From: Octopus bimaculoides | Lineage: Eukaryota | Direction of reading: 5' to 3' | DNA length: 64,000 bases | Assembly (NCBI RefSeq): GCF_001194135.2 | Contig: NC_069000.1 | Location: forward strand, 10,907,803 to 10,971,802 | Part shown: positions 26,220-37,351 of the stretch, piece by piece | How the letters are laid out: each line of letters begins with the position of its first letter | Position numbering within the stretch: the first letter of the stretch is position 1 | Program-made: the position numbers and the translations under genes | Notes under the pieces: generated by a model | Database searches by the model: none | Told to the model about the DNA's origin: nothing | What the model saw: only the letters and a program-made list of their open reading frames with translations

Positions 26220-29200
26220 AAGCGAAAGATGTATGTATGTATGTATGTATGTCTTCTAGGTGCACTACATCTAAAAGAAATTATACACACACACACACAC
26301 AAATAGACAAATAGATATACAGTTTTTAGCTGATGTCAGCCTTTGACTTTTTCCATCCCCAAAACCCCGAAGTTTTTACATGCTATTTATAGCTAGCTTT
26401 GTGCTTCGAGATCTACTGTTCCAGAAATATATATCTGTATGTAAGGTTCCTGGGTGCTCTACCTCTCTGAAATGTTAAAAGGGCATGCGTGCGTGTGTGT
26501 GTGTGTGTGTGCTTTTATAGTACATTAAATTGTTTCGACATGTAGCTTTTGGGTATTAACAATGCCTTGCTTACTTGTAACCTCGGGGGCCTATCTACAA
26601 TTTGCAATGAAAACACAAAATGTGTTGTTGTTACAGTGTAGTTCGAACCAATCCGACGGTACCACGTTTTGGTGAAGCCATAATGCTAATAATAAACAAT
26701 TAGTTTTAAATACAGTGTTTAAAGTTGGAAATAAGATGTATAAACCTTGTAAACGTGCGCTTGTCTTGACATGATGAGATACAGAGATGGGCCTACAGCT
26801 ATATTGAGGAAGCTTCTTTCAAAATGACAACCACTAATTGGCGCTGGTCAGTTTGTGGTTAAATATCTAGCTATTCTCCCTGTTAGGGAGGAAAGCTCTG
26901 CGTACTAGAAATAGCAGTCAAATTTCCTTCGGATCATATCCAATTATCATAGGAAAAGAAGACTCGTTAGATTATGGTTGTCGATGTTGCTCTTTAAAAG
27001 ACTGCTGTGATGGTTGATCTGACAAGTGTGTGTGTGTGTATTTTAGTCACTCTGTCATCATCGTCAATTTTCCATCAATAATAGAACTTTTTCTTCCAGA
27101 AATTCGCTGTTTTCTTGGGATATTTAAACAATGATTTGCTTTCGCCTAATAAAAAGACGGGAAATGGAAGCTTGTTTATTTTTTTCTTTGAGATACTTGC
27201 TAAAAATATGACGAAGGGATACTTTATTTTAATGAGGGCTTTTGCTTTGAATAATCGAGGAGTTTGCATGTCAAAGGAAGTATTTCAAACACTCGTTTAA
27301 AATCAAATAATCAATAACTATGAAAGGCTTTTAGATTGTCAGAAGTTTATTTATTAAATTTTAATGCATCAAACCTAAACCCACCTGTTTAGTTTCTCGG
27401 CCTTACAGTTTGTATATTTCTGACCCAGTCGAACGGTTTGGAGTTGTTAATGATCTGTTTCGAAAATTTCTATTTGGCGGCCAAGATATATTAAAACCGA
27501 AATATCAAATGGTGCTTTGGTGGCTGTCATGACATTTCTTTGACGCTTGTACACTTTCGTATCTCACTACTTAGAACATTTTCGCACTTTTACTTCAAAA
27601 ACATAGGTTTATGCCTGCTACAGGTACACCAGAAAGAATTGTAGGATTTTTTATATCATAGAATTATTTTTATTATAGCACACCGGATAAAATGCTTAGC
27701 ATCATTTCTTTCGGATTTATGTTTTCAGTTCATATTCCGCCGAGGTCGGCTTTGCTTTTCATCTTTTCGGAATTGGTAAAAATAAATACCAGTCAATTGC
27801 TGGGGATCAATGTAATCGATTGTCCCCCTCTCTCAAATCTTCAGGCTTTGCGTCTACAGTAGAAAGGATTGTATTTTTAAGATCTCCGTTTGAAGACTAG
27901 TAAATTTTTTTATGTGTCCTTATTAGTGGTATCTAGATTCTTTGCTCGTCTTAACGGCTGTTCCGGAAAATGATGAACTAACTCGAAATTAAGAGCCACA
28001 TCACTGTCGTTGAAGGTTCGTGGCCAACTAGTTAGAATATTGCGCTAACGATCGTTAGTTGTTGTTTTCGGATCAGTCGATGCGTTGTATCTTTGAGCAA
28101 AGCACTTCGTTTCATATTAACCCAGTGCAATCAGCTGAAAATGGTTACCACTGGCACCCAGAAGTTAACTCTTTGACGGACCGACGTCCTGTCCTGTAAA
28201 ACATCTTGAAAAGTTCGGATAAGGCCTGACCTGAACGTGTAGGCTCAAGATTGACATATTAACAGTCATTGATTAGAATCAATTGTGCCAACTTATAGCC
28301 ATGGAATAAGGACTTGCACAAAATTCCTGATCAAAAGTTACTATGAAAACGGCGTATCTTGTGTACCACAAAACCACGTTGGTGATAGAAGTGCTGAGGT
28401 AGTGACATAGCATAGGTCTTGGCCATCTGTTCCTCAGACGCAACATAGCTTCCGGCTGCAGCACATACCCGTATAAAATAGTGTCCGCTCTAATGCGATG
28501 TGCACAATGCTCTCTTTCCGATTTTTGAGTAATGGCTTGTTTCGGTTTCCATCGTGTGGGCGGATGTGTGGGTGGCTTTATAATGAACTGGGGAAATTAA
28601 GGACGTGATCATGATATCGTTAACCACTCAGGAATTTTTTGCAAATCCTGTAATTGGATACGTGTGTATTTACTAGAGACGAAGCCGTGTGTTTTCATGC
28701 AAATTGCCAGATTTGAAGGCCACTTACGAAACAAGACGTGTTATAATTTTTTTCTTCTTGTTTATAAATGTTTAGGTGGAGCTGTGAAAGTTTAGTGCGG
28801 CATTTAAAATATTTTTAAAAATAAATTTTGTATCTATTTTAGGTTGACGTAAAGTGAAACTGTTCTGGCATCTCGCTCTTTTATTTAGAATAAATGTTTG
28901 GTATGAAGTGAGAATTCTTTCGTTTCGGTTGTAGTAGGAAGAGGTGGGGGTCAGTGAATGGCAGAATCCAGTCATGAAATAATAGGTGCTACTGAGTCAA
29001 TTGAATCAACTGTAACCGTCTTCTTTACAAATTTGTTCTGGTTCTGTACGTTCTGAGTTCAATTGTTGTCGGGGTCAACTTCACCATTAAAAAAGGCCGT
29101 TGAAATAAAATACTCGACAAGTTATACAATCAATAGTTCTCGTTCCTCTCCTCAACCTGGTTTTGTGTCTATATAAGAAAGGATGGAAGGCCAGAGCTCA

Positions 29201-29247
29201 AGTATCAAATCGGATGGAGGGAGATTATCATCATCATTATCATCATC

Positions 29248-29645
29248 AAGGCGGTGAGCTGGCAGAATCGTTAGCAGGCTGAACTAAATGCTCAGCAGTA
29301 TTTCGTCCGTCCTTACGTTCCGAGTTCAAATTCCGCCGAGGTCGACTTTGTCTTTCATTCTTTCGGGGGTCAATAAGATAAGTACCAGTTGAGCACTGGG
29401 TTATTATTATTGTTGTTGTTGTTAAGGCAGCAAGCTGGCTGAATCGTTTGCACGCCGGGCGACATATTTTTTTGGTATTTCTTCTGTTGTTACGTTCTGA
29501 GTTCAAATTCCGCCAAGGTCGACTTTGCCTTTTATCCTTTCGGGGTCGATAAATTAAGCACCAGTCAAATACTGGTTCGATGTGATCGACTTACCCTTCT
29601 CCCAAAATTTCAGGCCTTGTGCCTTTAGTAGAAAGGATTATTATT
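29248..29645 (+). mobile_element. Two tandem SINE family B copies
   Basis: A head aaggcggtgagctggcagaatcg at 29248 and a second head at about 29423, separated by (TTA/GTT)n. Confidence 0.85.
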
Positions 29646-30459
29646 ATTAATAATATTGTTGTTATTCAGGTTGAGAATGTGCGTAGCCTAACGGTTAAAG
29701 TTTTTGGTCTGCGATCGTAAGGTTGGAGGGTTCGATTCATGCTGTTCCTGCCTAATCGTTCGATAATGAGCACCAGCTAGCTGTTGTATTCTCGATTTTC
29801 AGTTGGGTCAAGTGCGGGTTGGCCGAGAGTATGTCGATACCTTGGTTACCAATACAGAGGCCCTTAAATGACAGCGAAAACTCGATGTTTGCTCCCAAGT
29901 TATCTCACTCGCTTATGAATGGTAGCCATGATTTGTTTAGTCCGTAATTGGATTCTAATTTTAATCTTTAATAAAGTAAAATGAAACATTGTGCTATCAG
30001 TAATTGGTGCGGTCTGTCCGGCCTTATACACTTTAGCATATTATCTGATCCTGATCCTAATCCTAATCCTGCCAGCTCGTCAGCTTCAAAATATTGGTTC
30101 GATTTTTTTATAATTTTCGAACAACTTTAAAAGTAAGAAGTGAAGGACATTTCCTGGTGGAGGATACTCCATACGGAAGTCCGAGTCGAATTCGTTCTGA
30201 CGAGGGCTTCATTTCATTAGGTTATCAGTCGAAAGACCCATACAAAACTAACTTCATAACTTGAAAATATACGCTCAAAGCTAGAGGGGATGAAGGGTAA
30301 GGCGTATCTCGATGCAAACCACAGGAAATTCATATCTCCATGAAAGAAACTTTGTATCTTCTAGTAAAAAAAAAAATATCCTTTCAAATACCCTGTCTGT
30401 GTTTAGTTTTTATATCCTTTCTTTTTCTCTCGGACAAAATAAATATCGATGAGTCAACC

Positions 30460-30495
<36 letters not shown>

Positions 30496-32644
30496 ATCTT
30501 GTCATCAGAAATGCGTCTCTTAGAACATGACTTATTTTTAAGTTCACATTCTCCACAAGTCACTGTGACATCCTGTAACTCTTGCACGCGCACTTAATCG
30601 ACTATTCAGGGTTAGACTCGGGATACTGGCCAGTAATTTTGAAAGGAGAAAAATTTACTAAAGACACTTAGATGTTAGTTGCACTATTAAAACATTCTAT
30701 CATAGCAAAAAAAAAACTTCATTTAGATAGATAGATAGTTCTCTTAAAACTATCCACCTTAGTGTGTGCAAATTGAAGGTTACTTATTTACACAAAATGC
30801 TTCTCGGTTGAAAATATATGCACAAGCTGTTTCAATCGAATATTTAGAGGTTTGTTTCGTTTGTGGACAGTGTGAAAGTTGTATGTGAATTAGAGTAGTT
30901 GCTCATTATAATTACGCAATTTTTATGCTTGAACTTCTTGCTAAAGCCATAATTTTTCCCAGAATGTCTGATTGTGTGTTATGTACCTATATATATATAT
31001 GTACGTCATATCTCACTGGCAGATAAGAATTCATATGAGATTGTTTTTGTTTTGCCTTTTTTTTTTATTATTTCATTAATGTGCGTTTTCATTGCGTTTC
31101 AATAACTTTTCCTCTGCATTCATTTACCGACGTTGGTGTCTGAGGGTTTTATTTCCATATATATATATAACGCGTTTGTGTAATCTAGAACAGTCTGTCC
31201 ATAAAATAGACATATAATCGAAGTATNNNNNNNNNNNNNNNNNNNNNNNNNNNNNNNNNNNNNNNNNNNNNNNNNNNNNNNNNNNNNNNNNNNNNNNNNN
31301 NNNNNNNNNNNNNNNNNNNNNNNNNNNNNNNNNNNNNNNNNNNNNNNNNNNNNNNNNNNNNNNNNNNNNNNNNNNNNNNNNNNNNNNNNNNNNNNNNNNN
31401 NNNNNNNNNNNNNNNNNNNNNNNNNNNNNNNNNNNNNNNNNNNNNNNNNNNNNNNNNNNNNNNNNNNNNNNNNNNNNNNNNNNNNNNNNNNNNNNNNNNN
31501 NNNNNNNNNNNNNNNNNNNNNNNNNNNNNNNNNNNNNNNNNNNNNNNNNNNNNNNNNNNNNNNNNNNNNNNNNNNNNNNNNNNNNNNNNNNNNNNNNNNN
31601 NNNNNNNNNNNNNNNNNNNNNNNNNNNNNNNNNNNNNNNNNNNNNNNNNNNNNNNNNNNNNTTGATTGAACAGACTTATAATAAAAACCGTTCCTGTTCT
31701 GACCATCACGTCTTTCCTCCTTCCATACACAGTGCACTCAAGGCCACAACATCCGATGACCTTTTCTAAGACGATATATAGAGTGTAATTTGAGGGATTT
31801 TTGGCTACTATTTCTAGCAGTCCGTTTGATCGTCGTTCGATCAGGTTTGCTGACAATTTCATTTTACCTCGAAAAAATAGGTTAACATATATCACAAAAA
31901 CATTAAGCTGTGTGTGTGTGTGAAAGAGAAGAGGGCGGGGCCTTTATTCTGTTCAATCAAGCCTTCACAGAAAGCTGATGTCTATTTTTAGTAACTAAGC
32001 ATAGTTCCCAAATAAGTAGTTCTTAATGTATACTCACTATCAATTAGTTTTCCTGCAACAGCTTTTTTTACTTCGACTGAAACTGAATTTTCAATTAACT
32101 TTTCACCCGACAGACAGTTTGATTTGCTGGATCAGCTGAGCGCTGGAGAAAAACTACCTTTTAGCAATGGGTACAACTGAGCAATCGCTTCGGGATTAAG
32201 GTGGGAACGGACTGAAGGAGCCAGAAGCCTGTGTATGTTGTTACCTCGCTCGAGGGCCTATAATGCTGCTCTGGTGGCCCTGCCTTTTCGTATTTGCTTA
32301 TGTCTTGATCTGAAAGTCTTCCATCTGGATCGACTTTACCTTTCATCCTTTCGGGGGTCGATAAGGTCGATTCTACTTAATGCCCTTCTTGGCAGTATCC
32401 CACCCAGCATGGCCCCATCTAATAATGCCTGCAGCCATCAATTCGTTGATAACAATTTAGTTTCTTTTTCGTTAACAGCTTTTATTCTTAAAATTACGCT
32501 TTTCCACACTAATGTGGATTGCCTTTTACAAGGGTAGAGTGGACAAATTACCATGTTTAATGAATTCAGGATAGATTTATTATCATTATTCGTTAATTGT
32601 TCGACAAAGGGGTATAAACGCGTTTATTCGTTAAAGGCACAAGC

Positions 32645-33147
32645 ATAACTATATGGTTAAGAAGTTCGCTTCGCAACTACGTGATTTTGTGTTCGGCCTT
32701 ACTGCACGGAACTTCGGGCAAATGTCTCCTACTATAGTCCCAGGGTGACCAATGCCTTGGTCGGCAGAAAGTGTGGGCGAGCTGACAGAAACGTTAGCGC
32801 GCCGGGCGAAATGCTTATCAGTGTTTTTGTCTGCCGTTACGTTCTGAGTTCAAATTCCGCCGAGGTCGACTTAATCCCTTTGTCTGTCCTTGTTTGACCC
32901 CTCTATGTTTAGCCCCTTGTGGGCAAGCCCGTCGTATGTATGTATGTATGTATGTACGTAAGTAAGTCTGTCTTTGTGATTTTTGCCTTCTTCCTCTCCT
33001 CAAACACACTCACATAAACCGCTTGACAATTACGTTCCTGTAATTTAGCAGTTCAGCAGAAGAGGTCGACAAAAATAGCAGACTTTTAAAAAAATAATTA
33101 CTGAGGTGGCAGTACCCCACTACAGGGTACTGAAACAAGGAAAAGAG
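32645..33147 (+). mobile_element. SINE family A with a nested, internally deleted family B copy (32775-32925)
   Basis: The A head ends at about 32774 and B is inserted there. A resumes at agcccgtcgta (32926) and continues to a tail (ctgaaacaaggaaaagag). Confidence 0.7.
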
Positions 33148-33737
33148 TTGGGGTCTTTTTGTTTGTTTCTTTGGCTGTGGGGTAAGTCTCGGTGGTTGAA
33201 TCGTTGAACGTCATTGGATTCGTTCGATCTATCTGTCGAAATCTTAACTCCCATCGTCAGCCAGTTAGCTCTTTATAACTAATTTGAATGCCTGGTTCCT
33301 CGTTTTTACCAAATTCAAACGAGTCCAACAGGAACGAAATGCTCACCTGAATTTATTATGGATAACAATTTAGAAATAATAGCATGAATGGTGTTTTGTT
33401 TTGTTTTTTTACTTTCTGCTGTTAGTTACGAAAGTTATTAGTTTAATCGATTTTCGAACTCTCAAACAAAGGATGAATAGAACATCTGCAATTGTTGTTG
33501 TCGTCCTTGTTGCTTTCAATGCAAAATTTTTCTGTAGTAATCATGGTTTTCTTGGTTATAATTTAATTACTATGGTCGTCATGCAATTTATTTTAGTTTT
33601 TAATTATTGTTGGAAAAAAATTTTTTTTAATGTTATTTGCTGCTTGTTTTACGAGTCACTTGATCTAAGGTCGTATGAGGAAGCCTGAAGCAATTACACT
33701 GTCCATTTAAAACTCACACATGGCTGTGTTATATATA

Positions 33738-33773
<36 letters not shown>

Positions 33774-33814
33774 TGTATACGCGATGTTGTATGTATGAAA
33801 TTAACAACACTGGT

Positions 33815-34000
33815 AAGGCGGCGTGCTGGCAGAATCGTTAACACGCCGGGCGAAATGCTTAGCGGTATTTCGTCTGTCGTTACGTTCTGAGTTCAAATTC
33901 CGCCGAGGTCGACTTGACCTTTTATTCTTTCGGGGTCGATCTAATCGACTGCCTCCTCCCCAAAAAAATTCAGGCTTTGTGCCTATAGTAGAAAAGGATT
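33815..34000 (+). mobile_element. SINE family B (B2)
   Basis: aaggcggcgtgctggcagaatcgttaacacgccgggcg...caggctttgtgcctatagtagaaaagg. Confidence 0.85.
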
Positions 34001-36804
34001 AACAACACTAGTGCATTGAACAGAAATACCTTATATATTTCCAGTTATTTCCTTTAAGCTGAGAGGGCGGCTTACCTTTTCGTCCCTTGCGAGATCGACA
34101 AAATAAATAGCAGCTGAAGTATCATTGTTCCGNNNNNNNNNNNNNNNNNNNNNNNNNNNNNNNNNNNNNNNNNNNNNNNNNNNNNNNNNNNNNNNNNNNN
34201 NNNNNNNNNNNNNNNNNNNNNNNNNNNNNNNNNNNNNNNNNNNNNNNNNNNNNNNNNNNNNNNNNNNNNNNNNNNNNNNNNNNNNNNNNNNNNNNNNNNN
34301 NNNNNNNNNNNNNNNNNNNNNNNNNNNNNNNNNNNNNNNNNNNNNNNNNNNNNNNNNNNNNNNNNNNNNNNNNNNNNNNNNNNNNNNNNNNNNNNNNNNN
34401 NNNNNNNNNNNNNNNNNNNNNNNNNNNNNNNNNNNNNNNNNNNNNNNNNNNNNNNNNNNNNNNNNNNNNNNNNNNNNNNNNNNNNNNNNNNNNNNNNNNN
34501 NNNNNNNNNNNNNNNNNNNNNNNNNNNNNNNNNNNNNNNNNNNNNNNNNNNNNNNNNNNNNNNNNNNNNNNNNNNNNNNNNNNNNNNNNNNNNNNNNNNN
34601 NNNNNNNNNNNNNNNNNNNNNNNNNNNNNNNNNNNNNNNNNNNNNNNNNNNNNNNNNNNNNNNNNNNNNNNNNNNNNNNNNNNNNNNNNNNNNNNNNNNN
34701 NNNNNNNNNNNNNNNNNNNNNNNNNNNNNNNNNNNNNNNNNNNNNNNNNNNNNNNNNNNNNNNNNNNNNNNNNNNNNNNNNNNNNNNNNNNNNNNNNNNN
34801 NNNNNNNNNNNNNNNNNNNNNNNNNNNNNNNNNNNNNNNNNNNNNNNNNNNNNNNNNNNNNNNNNNNNNNNNNNNNNNNNNNNNNNNNNNNNNNNNNNNN
34901 NNNNNNNNNNNNNNNNNNNNNNNNNNNNNNNNNNNNNNNNNNNNNNNNNNNNNNNNNNNNNNNNNNNNNNNNNNNNNNNNNNNNNNNNNNNNNNNNNNNN
35001 NNNNNNNNNNNNNNNNNNNNNNNNNNNNNNNNNNNNNNNNNNNNNNNNNNNNNNNNNNNNNNNNNNNNNNNNNNNNNNNNGGGGGGGGGGGTTGAGAGTG
35101 TCGGAAGTAAGTAAGGAACGAAAACGGACATGATGTATTTGAATTTACTACGTCATTGTACATCATGTAGTAGATAATACTGAAGGTGGTTACATGTGGT
35201 GTGAGGGTGGTACTTCGCCACTCGGAGTGTTGGACGTCGCGTTCTCTTATATGATATTATCGCTGCACGATTACATGGAAGAAAATTCGACAAAAACCAC
35301 CACCTTCTCTTCTACACAACAGCTTAATCACGTCAGACTGGCACTGTGCCAGTACGATAATGTTTCTACTACTCATTCTGCCAAATTATTCAGAACGTTT
35401 CTCCAATGTCATAAATTAAGGCTTTCATTTTAGCTCATAACACATTCTTCAAGCCTGAACCTCTCTGAAAATTTATGACTGATATCGGAGTACTTTTGAA
35501 AGCAAGAGATCTTTTATCTGTAACGACACAGGAAGGATGTTATGAATTAATTCACATAATCGGAAAAAGATTACCAGTGTTGTAATAAAAATGGTTTTTT
35601 TAAAAAATTACACGGCAACAATGCCGTAAAATGTTTTGGCTGAACATTTTCCCCCCTTAATATGAATGTCTTGGGGGTAATTTTTTTTTTATAAGCTAAT
35701 AGAGGGACTGTGTTCACAACCGTTACATACCTTCCCATTAAAAAAAAAGAAAGAACTACGCAATAACAATTCTGTTAAACGTTTTGAGTAAACCTTTTTT
35801 TTTTTTAATCTGAACCTTTTTGGGAGTCTTTTGTTTTTTATAAGTTAATCGAGAAGCTGTGCTCTGTTCATTGCACGCCTTACTANNNNNNNNNNNNNNN
35901 NNNNNNNNNNNNNNNNNNNNNNNNNNNNNNNNNNNNNNNNNNNNNNNNNNNNNNNNNNNNNNNNNNNNNNNNNNNNNNNNNNNNNNNNNNNNNNNNNNNN
36001 NNNNNNNNNNNNNNNNNNNNNNNNNNNNNNNNNNNNNNNNNNNNNNNNNNNNNNNNNNNNNNNNNNNNNNNNNNNNNNNNNNNNNNNNNNNNNNNNNNNN
36101 NNNNNNNNNNNNNNNNNNNNNNNNNNNNNNNNNNNNNNNNNNNNNNNNNNNNNNNNNNNNNNNNNNNNNNNNNNNNNNNNNNNNNNNNNNNNNNNNNNNN
36201 NNNNNNNNNNNNNNNNNNNNNNNNNNNNNNNNNNNNNNNNNNNNNNNNNNNNNNNNNNNNNNNNNNNNNNNNNNNNNNNNNNNNNNNNNNNNNNNNNNNN
36301 NNNNNNNNNNNNNNNNNNNNNNNNNNNNNNNNNNNNNNNTTAAGTCTCTAGTTTCACTAAATTTTAATTAATTTTTTCAGCCATACTTTTTGTTTTCTTT
36401 TTAAAGTTTTTGACACCAGAGTAATCCAGTTAAGGTTTTCAAAACGGCCATATTATATTTTGACGAATAATAATTATATTGTTTTATAAATTATTTTATC
36501 TTTTAAACACAAAACTACGCTAAGAAAATAGATTAATAAAACACAGCGAGGAAGCATTTTTTATTGTTCGATTCTTACGACCTCAATAGCGGACACTTAC
36601 ACTTTTAATTCACTGAATCTAGGTCACGGGTATACAGTTCTAAAAGAAAATAGAGGCTGGACTTTGTCTGCATGTGAGAGAAGTATTGATCTACTAATCG
36701 TGTAGATTATTTTGGTAATCGAAGTTTTTCGATTGATTCTTACTTATGCGAAACACCCGCTGTATGAGTATTTTGTGTACATGGCTCCCTTCTGAGGTAC
36801 TTTT

Positions 36805-37208
36805 CTTAAGACCATGAGCAAAGGCTTGAAATTTGGGGGAAGTGGGGTTAGTCGATTACATCCATCCCACTAGTACTTATCTTATTGACCCCGAAAGGAT
36901 GAAAGATAAAGTTGACTTTGGCAGAATTTGAACTGAGAACATCAAGCCGGAAGGAATGCCGCTAAGCGTTTTGTCCGGCGTGCTTACGATTCTGCCAGCT
37001 TGCCGCCCATATTGGTTTTAATAATCCTTTCTGCTATAGGCACAGGGCCTGAATTCGGGAGTGGAGGGAGCAAGTACCCCAGTACTCAACCGGTACTTAT
37101 TTTGTCGACCTCGGCGGAATTTGAACTCAGAACGTAAAGACGGGCGGAATGTCGCTAAGCATTTTGTCCGGCGTGCTACCGACTCTGCCACCGACTCTGC
37201 CACCTCGC
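36805..37208 (-). mobile_element. Two tandem SINE family B copies
   Basis: Reverse-complement copies at about 36805-37003 and 37020-37208. Confidence 0.8.
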
Positions 37209-37242
37209 CACTTTTTTTTTTGTGTGTGTGTGTTAATAAGTG

Positions 37243-37351
37243 CCGGAAGTAAGGTGTTTTCGCTTTCCGTTGGCCAATCAGGTTTCTCGATATTACAGCT
37301 CCCTTTGTTGTTTCTTTCCATTGGTGAAGTTTAGTTTTTCCCCAGGTGAGA
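37243..37351 (+). promoter_or_regulatory. Candidate TATA-less promoter and first exon (ETS + NF-Y/CCAAT), possibly for the AFF gene
   Basis: CCGGAAGT at 37243-37250, GGCCAATCAG (CCAAT at 37274-37278), reverse ATTGG at 37320-37324, then a CAG|GTGAGA donor at 37346. It sits near the right edge of the CpG-rich domain. Confidence 0.4.

Noticed and set aside
30197-30240. CTGACGA...GAAA hammerhead-like spacing; also CTGATGA at 5542-5548 (-) and CTGAGGA near 25174
   Set aside because: Stems II, III and I cannot be formed and there is no valid cleavage triplet.
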